Notes: generated by a model from the sequence alone, not told the origin. Counted from the stretch's first letter, positions 21,016-31,335 are shown. The stretch: 61,011 nt of DNA from Colwellia sp. (GCA_022969215.1 JALJPA010000003.1:1-61011); one strand, 5' to 3'. Made by a program: numbers and translations.

Positions 21016-22347
21016 TTGCGCGATATATTATTGGTTTTAGTTTTTCCTATCTTACTATTTTTTATTTTTAAACGCCCATATATTGGTGTATCTCTATGGA
21101 TTTGGAGTGCCATGTTTTTTCCAAACGGTTGGGTTTGGGGTTTTGCCTCATCATTTCGTTATAATTTATTAATAGCAATCGCAACTATCCTATCCTATGT
21201 ATTCCAAAAAAATAAAATAAAAACCGAAGCTTCAGGGTTAACTGTTTTGATTCTGTTCTTTTTTATCTGGAGCACCATTTCTAGTATCTTTACTATTTCA
21301 AATCCTGACCTTGTTTGGTTTGAATGGAATATATTTTTTAAAATAATAATTTTTTATCTTCTTTGTGTTTTAACGATAAAAACAAAACATCATATTAATG
21401 TTTTTATATGGGCTATTACTTTATCCGCAGCTTATTTTGGTGCTGCAGAGGGGCTGAAGTACATAGTGACGGGCGGTGGACATACTATTGCGGGTATACC
21501 AGGTAGTCGATTGGGTGATCGCAATGAATTAGCACTTGCTGTTAATATGACTTTGCCATTAATTGTTTTTTTATTGTCACAAACAAAATCTAAATGGTTG
21601 AAAATAGCTTTGATTGGCGCCGTTATTTTTAATGTTGTGGCAATAATTGGTTCTTTCTCACGTGGTGGTTTGTTAGGGCTAATAGTGATCGGCGGCTATT
21701 TCTTTTTGCAAAGTAAACATAAATTATTAGTATCATTGGTTATAGTTTTAGGTGTCGGTATTGGTAGTGCCTTTGTTTCTGATAAATGGACAAATCGTAT
21801 GGATACTATCAATACCATGGATCAGGATAGCTCTTTTCTTGGCCGCGTTGTGGCTTGGAAGCAGGCGGTATTAATGGCTACGGACCATCCTATTTTTGGT
21901 GGCGGTTTTAAGGCCGGGCAAAACCCTAGTGTATGGTATTTGTATGAAGATGACTTCCATCGTTTAAACTTCATTATTGATACTGGTGATTATAGAGTAA
22001 AAAGGCCAAAGGCTGCCCATAGTATTTATTTTCAAGTATTAGGTGATCAAGGTTTTGTTGGTTTATTTATGTTTTTAGCTATTTTGTTGCTCTGTTATCG
22101 TAAGCTATCGTGGGTTATTAAGAATACAGACGATGAATGGCTTATGGGCTTAGCGCGAATGCTAAGAGTATCCTTAGTCGCTTATGCTGCTGGCGGGGCT
22201 GCACTTAGTTTACCTTATTTTGATTTGTCATTTGCAATCTTTGCTTTAAGCCATATTTTATGCGAAGTAATTAAGCGAGCTAAAAACGACAAAGAACAAC
22301 CTGAAATAAGTGTAATAGGTTCTAAAGTTCAGAGGAGGGCTGAGTGA
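21016..22347 (+). CDS. Putative O-glycosylation ligase / Wzy_C family protein, exosortase A-associated (TIGR03097-like)
   Basis: About 12 TM helices; MRDILL start, GDRNELA, SFSRGG, DHPIFGGGF, AAHSIYFQVLGDQGFVG. TTG start with GAGGA SD. Confidence 0.87.
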   Translation: MRDILLVLVFPILLFFIFKRPYIGVSLWIWSAMFFPNGWVWGFASSFRYNLLIAIATILSYVFQKNKIKTEASGLTVLILFFFIWSTISSIFTISNPDLVWFEWNIFFKIIIFYLLCVLTIKTKHHINVFIWAITLSAAYFGAAEGLKYIVTGGGHTIAGIPGSRLGDRNELALAVNMTLPLIVFLLSQTKSKWLKIALIGAVIFNVVAIIGSFSRGGLLGLIVIGGYFFLQSKHKLLVSLVIVLGVGIGSAFVSDKWTNRMDTINTMDQDSSFLGRVVAWKQAVLMATDHPIFGGGFKAGQNPSVWYLYEDDFHRLNFIIDTGDYRVKRPKAAHSIYFQVLGDQGFVGLFMFLAILLLCYRKLSWVIKNTDDEWLMGLARMLRVSLVAYAAGGAALSLPYFDLSFAIFALSHILCEVIKRAKNDKEQPEISVIGSKVQRRAE

Positions 22348-23282
22348 TTACATTATTTATTAAAGCGTTAGTTGATTCTTTTCTTTGGTGTTTTGGCAAA
22401 AACAAACTCAGTATTTTAACTTACCATCGTGTGGGAGGCACTGGTGATGCACTTGCTATGGACGAAATACTATTTGAACAACACTTAATCTGGATTAAGC
22501 GCTACCTTAGACCAATCAGCTTAGCTGAAGGTTTAGCTTTGCAAGCTAAAGGTATATTACCGCGTGGTTCAGTCTCTATTACGGTCGATGATGGCTACGT
22601 TGATAGCTATAATATTATTTTTCCATTGTTAAAAAAATATGAGCTCAAAGCGACATTTTTTATTAGTACCATAGGTTTCGAAAATGGTTATTTATGGGAT
22701 GAAAAAGTAGCTTTTATTATAATGAAAACAAAGCTGACAGAGATCAATTTTAATAATCAGAAATATTCTCTATTAACCCATAAAGAAAGAATCGCTTGTT
22801 TAACTGATTGCCTAGCAAAAATAAAATATGAAACCATCACCGAGCGTGATGCGTTAATAGATCAATTAGTTATACAGAGTCAACAAACAGAAACGCCACA
22901 GCAATTTCTAACAAAAGAGCAAACAGTTCACTTACATAAATCAGGAATGGGTATTGGGTCACATACGCATACACACCCAATTCTTCTGAAAGAAAATGCA
23001 AGTATTGCTTTAGATGAAATTAAACAAAGTAAGGCCATTCTTGAAGGTATAATTAATAGTCCAATAAAATACTTTGCTTACCCTAATGGAAAGTTTGGCT
23101 TAGATTTTGATGTTACCCATATTGAAATGGTAAAAAAGAGTGGCTTTTTAGCTGCATTGTCTACGGATAAAGGGATATTGAAAGACCAAAAAACTGATGG
23201 ATTTCAAATTAAGCGATTTACCCCTTGGGACGAAACGGAGCTTAAATTCGTATTACGCTTAGCACTGAACTACTGCCAATAA
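22344..23282 (+). CDS. Polysaccharide deacetylase (CE4, IcaB/PgaB-like)
   Basis: ILTYHRV, ITVDDGY, GSHTHTHP, FAYPNG. Confidence 0.87.
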   Translation: MITLFIKALVDSFLWCFGKNKLSILTYHRVGGTGDALAMDEILFEQHLIWIKRYLRPISLAEGLALQAKGILPRGSVSITVDDGYVDSYNIIFPLLKKYELKATFFISTIGFENGYLWDEKVAFIIMKTKLTEINFNNQKYSLLTHKERIACLTDCLAKIKYETITERDALIDQLVIQSQQTETPQQFLTKEQTVHLHKSGMGIGSHTHTHPILLKENASIALDEIKQSKAILEGIINSPIKYFAYPNGKFGLDFDVTHIEMVKKSGFLAALSTDKGILKDQKTDGFQIKRFTPWDETELKFVLRLALNYCQ

Positions 23283-23335
23283 TATAGATAGTGGCACTGC
23301 AGAAAACTTTGATTAACTCATAAAGAGATACGTAA

Positions 23336-24568
23336 ATGGATAAACATATAATCGAAAGAAATTGGCGAAATAAATACAATGTGCTTGTGCCTCAAGCAGA
23401 CTCTATGGGGGCTATTGCTGTTATTCGTTCATTAGGATCGCATGGCTATAATGTATTTGCTGCATCATCTAAAGCAGGTGCGCTTGGATGTCGTTCAAAT
23501 TTCACTACAATGGCGGTGACTTGTCCTCCATACGATAAGAATTATCTTGAGTGGCTAAGATCTTTCATTAAAGAACATGATATCCAAGCGATTATTCCAA
23601 GTGAAGCCTTTTATTTAGTAATAAAAAATTGTTTTGATGAATTTGCACACTTATTACCAATTAGCAGCACGAAAGAGGTTATCTATCAGTGTTTATGTAA
23701 AGTGGATGTTTTTGATGCATTTTTATCAAGTGGCGATAATTCATTAACAAATAATATTTCTAATACCCAAGTTGTTGCTAGTGAAGCTGAGGTCGATTGG
23801 GCTGTGACAGCCAGTTGGAACTATCCACTATTTATTAAAGGTGATGGTTTTTATGCGCATTCAGGAGATGACGCTAGAATTATTAAGGCTGAAACTGAGC
23901 TTGATGCCAAACAAGCAGTGATAGATATTTTCAAGTCTTATAATAAAGCCATTGTCCAAGATTGCAGTGAAGGCGTTAAAGCAACGGTTAACTTACTTTT
24001 TCAAGATGGACAATTGTTAGCGGAGTCTATGGCTGTTGCAACTCATGAAAATCCTCATACAGGTGGTTTAACTTCTCTACGGCATAGTTGGTGGCAGCAA
24101 GAAATGTATGAGGATGCAGTGCTACGCTTGAAGTTCCTCAAGTGGAATGGGCCAGCCATGGTTGAGTATAAATGGCATGAGGCAACTAATTCTTTTGACT
24201 TTATCGAGCTTAATTCTCGCTATTGGGCGGCATTAAATTTAGATATTTTAGCCGGGGTTCATTTTCCCTGTATTCATCTAGACTACTTTTTTGAAAAATT
24301 AGCACCTAAAACAGCAATTCGGTTGGAAAATCATATTCAAGTACGAAATGCATTACCAGCAGATTTTGGCTATATGCTGTCCTCATTAAAAGACCCGATC
24401 ATCACAAAAACAAAAAAGGTGGCTATTGTAGCTGAATTTTTATTGTTATTTCTTCATCCCAATATCAAAGCCGACTTGCTCTATCCGAATGACAGAAAGT
24501 TATACTTTATAAATTTATGGGCATTTACTAAGGAGTTTACTAGCTCGTGCTTAAAGCGATTAAAATAA
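23336..24568 (+). CDS. ATP-grasp carboxylate-amine ligase
   Basis: AVIRSLG N-terminal domain, YPLFIK, AIVQD, GPAMVEYK, FIELNSRYW...AGVHFP. Confidence 0.78.
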   Translation: MDKHIIERNWRNKYNVLVPQADSMGAIAVIRSLGSHGYNVFAASSKAGALGCRSNFTTMAVTCPPYDKNYLEWLRSFIKEHDIQAIIPSEAFYLVIKNCFDEFAHLLPISSTKEVIYQCLCKVDVFDAFLSSGDNSLTNNISNTQVVASEAEVDWAVTASWNYPLFIKGDGFYAHSGDDARIIKAETELDAKQAVIDIFKSYNKAIVQDCSEGVKATVNLLFQDGQLLAESMAVATHENPHTGGLTSLRHSWWQQEMYEDAVLRLKFLKWNGPAMVEYKWHEATNSFDFIELNSRYWAALNLDILAGVHFPCIHLDYFFEKLAPKTAIRLENHIQVRNALPADFGYMLSSLKDPIITKTKKVAIVAEFLLLFLHPNIKADLLYPNDRKLYFINLWAFTKEFTSSCLKRLK

Positions 24569-25551
24569 TAGCTCTTTTTATCATCAAGCATTTAGGTGGT
24601 TTTTGGCTAGCTCGTATACTGAACAAAGGTAATACCTGTGTCTTGTGTTATCACGGTTTTGCTTATGAAGATGAGTATCAATTTCGCCCGAAACTTTTTA
24701 TGCGCCCGGAATCTTTTAAAAAAAGGCTGGCATGGTTGCAGGATAGTCCATATAAGGTTGTTAGCTTATCTGAAGCGATTAACAATCAGCATAATGAGAA
24801 CCTTGTTGTACTAACGATGGATGATGGCTGGGCTGGCACTAAAGAGCTAGTAGGCGATTCTTTAGCTGAACATAACTTTCCATTAATGCTGTATGTAACG
24901 AGCTATTACGCGCAAAAGCAAGGCGCAGTGATTAATGTAGCTTTGGCTTATATTCTTTGGAAGTCAGTAGGTAAAACCTTAGTAATTGACGGGTCTATAT
25001 TAGCAATCAATAAGACATATCTAATTAGCGTAGAAAACACAGTTAGTATTGTTAATGAACTTTGCCAGCAGATAGATGAAGTAGAAGACTTTGCTACTAG
25101 GCAGAGAGTACTTTTAGCTATAGCAGAACAACTTCAAGTGAGCTTGCATTCAGATGATCAGTTAATGTTTCGCTCACTGACTGCTGAGGAGTTAACTGGT
25201 CTACAACAGAGTAATGTTGATATCCAATTACACACTCATAGGCACTGTTCCCCACAAAACGAGCAAGAGTTTAAGTTAGAAATTAGTCAAAACATTGATT
25301 ATTTACAGAACATCGAACTCAAAAATACTTTGCAGCACTTTTGCTACCCAAGTGGCGAACATTACCTTACTCAACTTCCTTGGCTAAAAGAGAGTGGCGT
25401 AGTTACTGCTACCACTGTTTTTTCAGGGATGTTAACTCCTGATACGGAACATTTGCAAATATCGCGCATTTTAGACGGGGAGGATGTTCACCAATTAGAG
25501 TTTGAAGCTGAACTTTGTGGCTTGGCTACTTTCCTTCGTAAATTATATTAA
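24547..25551 (+). CDS. Polysaccharide deacetylase (CE4)
   Basis: VLCYHG, LTMDDGW, QLHTHRH, HFCYPSG. Confidence 0.85.
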   Translation: MLKAIKIIALFIIKHLGGFWLARILNKGNTCVLCYHGFAYEDEYQFRPKLFMRPESFKKRLAWLQDSPYKVVSLSEAINNQHNENLVVLTMDDGWAGTKELVGDSLAEHNFPLMLYVTSYYAQKQGAVINVALAYILWKSVGKTLVIDGSILAINKTYLISVENTVSIVNELCQQIDEVEDFATRQRVLLAIAEQLQVSLHSDDQLMFRSLTAEELTGLQQSNVDIQLHTHRHCSPQNEQEFKLEISQNIDYLQNIELKNTLQHFCYPSGEHYLTQLPWLKESGVVTATTVFSGMLTPDTEHLQISRILDGEDVHQLEFEAELCGLATFLRKLY

Positions 25552-25574
25552 TTCAATACCAACATAGAAGACAT

Positions 25575-26672
25575 ATGTATATGAGCTCAATTAAAGTAAC
25601 GGGTTTTAAAAAGTTGCAAAGAACATTGGCTTTAATAAAGCTAGAATCTCAAAGAAAAAAAAGAAGTTCGGCCGCTATTATTGTTGAAATGATACGTTTA
25701 TATCTAAAAAACTCCATAGGTCCTAATTATTATTTACAAGCTGGTATGGCAGAGAAGAATATGTCTTGGGATTATAAGTGTTCACATATTAGTGATAAAG
25801 ATTACCACGCCGCTTTAGATAAGTTGAACCCTCGCCCCTATCGAAAAATAACGCAACATAAGCTATCAGAGAAATCATTTTTGCAGTTTTCTCACATTCC
25901 TTGCGCCAAGCTTATAGGGTTTTTAGAGCCTGTTAAAGGTTTTGATGTTGATGGCAATCATTTGACTAATGAGCAGCAATTAATTGATTTACTTGGTAAC
26001 TATATTAATGAAGCGATTTGCATAAAAATCCCAGAAGGCTACGGTGGTAAAGGTTTTTTTGCGGGAACAGTGTTTTTAGATAACGATACATTAAAGATAA
26101 AGGCCTTAAATGAAGAAAAATCCTTAACCATTTCTCAGGTATTGGACCGGTATCGTACGGTAATTGCAACAGAAGGGTTATTGTTTGAATCTTTTATTGA
26201 ACAGCACCCAAGTTTCGCTCAGTTTAACCAGTCGAGTGTAAATACCTTACGTATTTGGGTGTTACAAACCGCTGATAAAGTTGAAGTCATTGGAACTTAT
26301 ATTAGGATTGGCCGTGCGGGTAAACTAACCGATAATGCTGGTAGTGGTGGCATTATGTGTCCTGTTAATCTTATGACTGGTGTAGTTGATAAAGGGCTAA
26401 CCACATCGGTTCCATTTAGGGATGACTTTGAAAAGCATCCTGATCATCAAGCACAAATCTATGGCGTTAAATTACCATTTTGGGATGATATTCTTAGTTG
26501 TGCTACAGAGACATTGAGAAAGCTGCCTTATACAAAATTTGTTGGCCTTGATCTCGCTATGACCACTGAAGGCCCGTTAATTATTGAAGTTAATGTTTGT
26601 CCTGATAAAAATGGTGCCGCAAGTGGCATGATTAGCTCAAGTCCTATTAAAAATGCGGCAAATTTACTTTAA
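25575..26672 (+). CDS. Sugar-transfer-associated ATP-grasp protein (ATPgrasp_ST-like)
   Basis: KIPEGYGGKG, FIEQHP, SSVNTLRI, RIGR...DN..SGG, HPD...G..LPFWD, VGLDLA...GPLIIEVN. Confidence 0.82.
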   Translation: MYMSSIKVTGFKKLQRTLALIKLESQRKKRSSAAIIVEMIRLYLKNSIGPNYYLQAGMAEKNMSWDYKCSHISDKDYHAALDKLNPRPYRKITQHKLSEKSFLQFSHIPCAKLIGFLEPVKGFDVDGNHLTNEQQLIDLLGNYINEAICIKIPEGYGGKGFFAGTVFLDNDTLKIKALNEEKSLTISQVLDRYRTVIATEGLLFESFIEQHPSFAQFNQSSVNTLRIWVLQTADKVEVIGTYIRIGRAGKLTDNAGSGGIMCPVNLMTGVVDKGLTTSVPFRDDFEKHPDHQAQIYGVKLPFWDDILSCATETLRKLPYTKFVGLDLAMTTEGPLIIEVNVCPDKNGAASGMISSSPIKNAANLL

Positions 26673-26689
26673 AGAGAATATGCAAACCT

Positions 26690-27898
26690 ATGAAAAAAGC
26701 TTTAATGATTGCTTTGGAATTTGCTCCATGCCGAAGTGCGGGAGTTCAACGTACATTGCGTTTCTCAGAATATATGCTTGCACATAACTGGCAACCTCTG
26801 ATTATTACCGCCTCTGAAAATATTTATAATCGTCGCGATGACACACTAAAGGTGTTGCCTGAGGTTGCGCGTTATGTGGTTAAAGCTCAGTGTCATGATG
26901 CAGCCAAAAAATATTCGTTCAAAGGACGTTATTTTCAGTGGATGACACAACCTGACAGATACTGGCCATGGTATTTTGATGCAGTTAAGCAAGCGAGTAT
27001 GGTTATAGAGCAAGAAAATCCTGATGTGATTTGGTCTACATACCCCATTTTAACAGCACATTGGATCGCGAGAAAGTTACAAAAAAAATATAATATCCCT
27101 TGGGTTGCTGATTTTAGAGATCCGTTGCAGTGTCGTTATGACCAGTCAGCACAACGTTATGCTTGGCTTAAAAAGTGGATGGAAAGAAGTGTCATCAAGC
27201 ATGCTGATAAAGTTATATTTACTTCACAAAGAGCGGCATCTCTATATCGAGAAATTTACCCTAATGAAGATCCCGCTAAATTTATTACTATAGAAAATGG
27301 CTATTATTTAAGTGATAACTTGGCGTCACTAACACCAGTAAAACAAGAAAAATTTCAATTGTTATATAGTGGTTCTTTGTATGCTAATGGTCGAGATCCT
27401 AAGCAATTATTTACCGCTTTATCACGGTTAAAAAAACTAAATATCATTTCACAAGACAACTTTATTCTAACTTTTAGGCCAGGTAAAATCGACGCCTTTC
27501 AAGCGCCGCTCACCGAGTTAAATATATCCGAATTAGTTGAATTCTTACCTTCTATTTCTTTTGATGGGGCTATTGCCGAAATGCAACAAGCTTCAGCTAC
27601 TGTTTTGATTCAAGATGAAATATTTCATCGACAAATACCGGGTAAAATTTACGATTATATCAGTGTTAAACGACCTGTTTTAGCCATAACGCCTAAGGAC
27701 TCTGCAACTGCTGATTTAATCACAGGCCTTACTTTTGGGGTCAGTGCTTGGGGTGTCGATGAAATAGTAACAAGCTTAAAAACTATGCTGAATCATAATA
27801 TCGATTGTTGTGCTGATGTTGAGCAATATAGCCGGAAAGTAAAGACTCAAGAATTAGTCGATGTTTTTAATAATATAAGCGGTTGTAAACAAAACTAA
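26690..27898 (+). CDS. GT4 glycosyltransferase
   Basis: SAGVQR, PD.Y..W, IPWVADFRDP, IENGY, YSGSLY..GRDP, PGKIYDY. Confidence 0.85.
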   Translation: MKKALMIALEFAPCRSAGVQRTLRFSEYMLAHNWQPLIITASENIYNRRDDTLKVLPEVARYVVKAQCHDAAKKYSFKGRYFQWMTQPDRYWPWYFDAVKQASMVIEQENPDVIWSTYPILTAHWIARKLQKKYNIPWVADFRDPLQCRYDQSAQRYAWLKKWMERSVIKHADKVIFTSQRAASLYREIYPNEDPAKFITIENGYYLSDNLASLTPVKQEKFQLLYSGSLYANGRDPKQLFTALSRLKKLNIISQDNFILTFRPGKIDAFQAPLTELNISELVEFLPSISFDGAIAEMQQASATVLIQDEIFHRQIPGKIYDYISVKRPVLAITPKDSATADLITGLTFGVSAWGVDEIVTSLKTMLNHNIDCCADVEQYSRKVKTQELVDVFNNISGCKQN

Positions 27899-27927
27899 TG
27901 ACAAATAAATTGAGTGTTATATAAAGC

Positions 27928-29436
27928 ATGGCAAGTTTACAAAGCAAAGCAGTAAAAGGTGTTGCTGCATTAGGTGTGGGTAAAGGCATTGGTAGGTTAA
28001 TTTCTTTTGCCAATACTATTATTTTAGCGCGAATTTTATCACCGGATGACTATGGCCTTATGGCAATGGCCATGGTGGTGTGTGGATTTATTACCTTTTT
28101 TAATGAAATAGGCTTAGGCAGTGCGATTATTCAGCGAGAAGAGGTAAGCGATAAGCAGTTAAATGGCGCTTTTTCCATTGCATTGCTGGCCAGTTTCGTG
28201 CTTTATGGGATTACCTATCTATTAGCTCCCTCCATAGGTGGCTTTTATAATAATCCTCAAATTGGCGATATGCTACGATGGCTGGCAGTTTCTTTTGTTT
28301 TCGGAGGCTTAGCAACAATTTCTAGCGCATTAATTTCGAAAAACATGCAATTTAAAGCGCTTGCAGGTGTTGAGTTCCTTACTATTGTTGTACAAGCACT
28401 ATCAACCTTAGCATTTGCTGTAACAGGTTATAAAGCATGGTCTTTAGTTTTTGGTTATGTTATTTCTCAGCTAGTTAGAATGATTTTTATAATTTTTGTT
28501 GCGCGTTGGAAGCCAACTAAATTGGGTGAGTTTAAAGAAGCGTTATCATTAATAAAATTTGGCTTAACCGTGACTTATTCGCGTTTAACTTGGTATTGTT
28601 ATTCTAATGCGGCCACTTTTATTGTTGGTAAAGTTTCAGGTGAAAAGCAATTAGGTTTGTATTCTATGGCGGGTACTTTAGCTACTCTACCGACCACACA
28701 TATTACCTCGCTTGTCGGACAAGTTACCTCATCAGCCTTTGCAAAACTACAAAACAACTTAGTGGAATTAAATAAACTGCTTAATGGCTTTACTGCAGGG
28801 TTGAGTCTGATTAATTTCCCTGTTTTAGCTGGTATGGCAATAACTGCGCCGGAGTTGGTACCTATATTGTTAGGGCCACAGTGGCTTGCGATTGTATTAC
28901 CAATGCAAATTATGTGTGTTACCGGCTTTATCAGAACAGTAAGCCCACTACTAACTCAAGCGTTAACTTTTGCAGGTAAAGCGCACGTAACTGCTCAATA
29001 CACAACCATATGTGCTTTTGTCATACCTTCTACAGTCTTAGTGGGAGTGTACTGGCGAGGTATCGAAGGTGTCGCGATATTATCACTACTTGCCTATAGC
29101 ATTTTAACTTTTATTCTATTATTGCTGTGTAAAAAGCATATCAAAATGAAGGTTAAAACTTATTTGTTGCAACTTATTACCCCCATTTTAGCTAGCCTTG
29201 CAATGGTTTTTGCCGTGTTCTTGAGTAAAATGCTCTTAATCGACTATTTGAATATTATTCCACTCTTTATTCTGGAAGTAACCTTAGGCATATTCACTTA
29301 TTTACTGTGGCTTATTTATGTACAGAAAAAGGGGCTATATCAATTAAAACAAGTACTACAGCATTTGGGGCTTTCACAGCAAAAATTAACTCGCTGGCCT
29401 TTCAATAATTTAAATAATAATCATTATAAAACCTAA
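27928..29436 (+). CDS. wzx: Wzx-type polysaccharide flippase (WzxC/PST family)
   Basis: ILARILSPDDYGL, GLGSAIIQ, about 12-14 TM helices, LGLYSMA, LLGPQW. Confidence 0.88.
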   Translation: MASLQSKAVKGVAALGVGKGIGRLISFANTIILARILSPDDYGLMAMAMVVCGFITFFNEIGLGSAIIQREEVSDKQLNGAFSIALLASFVLYGITYLLAPSIGGFYNNPQIGDMLRWLAVSFVFGGLATISSALISKNMQFKALAGVEFLTIVVQALSTLAFAVTGYKAWSLVFGYVISQLVRMIFIIFVARWKPTKLGEFKEALSLIKFGLTVTYSRLTWYCYSNAATFIVGKVSGEKQLGLYSMAGTLATLPTTHITSLVGQVTSSAFAKLQNNLVELNKLLNGFTAGLSLINFPVLAGMAITAPELVPILLGPQWLAIVLPMQIMCVTGFIRTVSPLLTQALTFAGKAHVTAQYTTICAFVIPSTVLVGVYWRGIEGVAILSLLAYSILTFILLLLCKKHIKMKVKTYLLQLITPILASLAMVFAVFLSKMLLIDYLNIIPLFILEVTLGIFTYLLWLIYVQKKGLYQLKQVLQHLGLSQQKLTRWPFNNLNNNHYKT

Positions 29437-29440
29437 TTTA

Positions 29441-30196
29441 ATGGTCAATACAATGTTCGATACCTATAAAAAAATATTTGATAACCGTGCAGAGTCCTAC
29501 CATAAAGCGATGCGAGACTTCCCGTTAGCGCGAAAAGAAGAGTTTGAGTGGGCATTGCACTATTTAGCTATTAACCCGGGAGATAACGTTTGTGATGTAC
29601 CATCAGGAGGCGGATATTTAAAAGATTTCGCTTTAGATGAAGATTGCTTTTTTAATTTTTTAGAAACCAGTGAAAGCTTTGCCTCTTATAATGTTGATTG
29701 CCCTAATAGCAAAACCCAGGTATGTGAATTTGAAGACCTACCTTTAGCAAACCAAAGTGTTGATAGCTTAATATGTCTTGCTGCACTTCATCATGTTGAT
29801 AATAGGGAAAAAGTATTTCAAGAGTTTCGTCGCGTGGTGAAATCACAAGGTAAAATCCTCATTGTTGACGTTGAAGAAGGCAGTAACACGGCTGGTTTTT
29901 TGAATGTTTTTGTAAACGAATATAACTCCATGGGACATAATGGCTCGTTCATTAACGGACAAGTTGTTAATTCATTAGAAAAAAATGAAATTACAGTAGT
30001 TTCATATAACAGCCACACCTTTCAATGGACCTTTGATAATGAACATTGCATGGTAACTTTTTGTCGGGGCTTATTTGGTCTCGATAAAGCAACGGATGAA
30101 GATATTATTCACGGTATTAAAATCTATTTAAATCCCCATTATCAACAAAACCAAGTCAGTTTAGACTGGGATTTGGTTTATATTGTCTGTAATTAA
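29441..30196 (+). CDS. Class I SAM-dependent methyltransferase
   Basis: Motif I variant VCDVPSGGGYL; LPLANQSVD; LAALHH; EFRRVVKSQGKILIVD. Confidence 0.82.
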   Translation: MVNTMFDTYKKIFDNRAESYHKAMRDFPLARKEEFEWALHYLAINPGDNVCDVPSGGGYLKDFALDEDCFFNFLETSESFASYNVDCPNSKTQVCEFEDLPLANQSVDSLICLAALHHVDNREKVFQEFRRVVKSQGKILIVDVEEGSNTAGFLNVFVNEYNSMGHNGSFINGQVVNSLEKNEITVVSYNSHTFQWTFDNEHCMVTFCRGLFGLDKATDEDIIHGIKIYLNPHYQQNQVSLDWDLVYIVCN

Positions 30197-30213
30197 TAAA
30201 GTGATATTTTACT

Positions 30214-31335
30214 ATGAATAGAAATAATATTTTAAGTGTTCCTAACCCCGTATCATATAAAGAAAATGTGTTAAAAAAAGTGGGCTACATCATCGCCCTA
30301 AGTCGATATATCAGACAGGAAAAAGGTATTAACTTAACGACACAGTATAGCGAAATGCTGTTTCTTTATATCGTAAAGCAGCTAGGTCCAATACTGTATT
30401 TTGAAGCACGATTATGGCGTAGGACATTTTCATTAACTGAAAAAATGCGTTTTCTTAATACCTCTCAATATAAGAAACGTATCAATGAATTGAATCCACC
30501 AACGTATCGAAAATTCTCAAATGATAAGCTAGTGGAGAAGTCTATTTTATCTTTGCTAGGTGTACCTACAGCTAAGTTTTTAGGATTTCTTCATCCTTTT
30601 AATGGCAGTGATAGCAAGGCTCAGCCTTTAACTACCCCAGAGCAACTAACTGAATTTTTAAGACAGTATATTGATAAAAAGCTATGTTTTAAGTTGACTG
30701 AAGGCTGGGGTGGCGATGGTTTTGTTGCTGCAAAAGTGTTGGCGGTTAATGGTGAGTTATTTTTATGCTCGTTAAAGGCAGGAGCTAAACCGCAACCGAT
30801 AAACGATTTCTTTAGGCAATATTTAGCCAAGAATTATCATGACGGCTTGGTTATAGAAGCCTTTATCGAACAGCATGCGGTGTTATCACAACTTAATGAA
30901 TCGAGCGTTAACACCTTACGCATGTGGTTAATACAGTCACAAGGCAAAGTGAAGGTGATAGGTGCAGTGTTACGTATTGGTCGAAAAGATCAATTGGTTG
31001 ATAACTGTGGTCAAGGCGGTTTTGTTTGCTTAATTGATAAAGATAGCGGGAAAATAAAGCATGGTATGACCCCTTCAGTGATACCAAGGCCGTTTGATCA
31101 GCATCCTGATACGCAAGTACAGTTAACGGGCATTCAACTACCTTATTGGGATAAGTGCCTTAAAATTGGACAATCGTGTTTGCGTGTTTTCCCACATACC
31201 AATTTTGTGGGGTTGGATATTGCCTTTTCTAAGGATGGTCCTTTAATTGTTGAGCTGAACCAAGAGCCAGATAAAATCAGTGCTCGTATCTTTGGTCTGC
31301 CATTAAAAGATTTATTGGATAATGACTCTTTTTAA
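30214..31335 (+). CDS. Sugar-transfer-associated ATP-grasp protein (paralog of 25575..26672)
   Basis: KLTEGWGGDG, FIEQH, SSVNTLRM, RIGR...DNCGQGG, HPD...GIQLPYWD, VGLDIA...GPLIVELN. Confidence 0.82.
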   Translation: MNRNNILSVPNPVSYKENVLKKVGYIIALSRYIRQEKGINLTTQYSEMLFLYIVKQLGPILYFEARLWRRTFSLTEKMRFLNTSQYKKRINELNPPTYRKFSNDKLVEKSILSLLGVPTAKFLGFLHPFNGSDSKAQPLTTPEQLTEFLRQYIDKKLCFKLTEGWGGDGFVAAKVLAVNGELFLCSLKAGAKPQPINDFFRQYLAKNYHDGLVIEAFIEQHAVLSQLNESSVNTLRMWLIQSQGKVKVIGAVLRIGRKDQLVDNCGQGGFVCLIDKDSGKIKHGMTPSVIPRPFDQHPDTQVQLTGIQLPYWDKCLKIGQSCLRVFPHTNFVGLDIAFSKDGPLIVELNQEPDKISARIFGLPLKDLLDNDSF

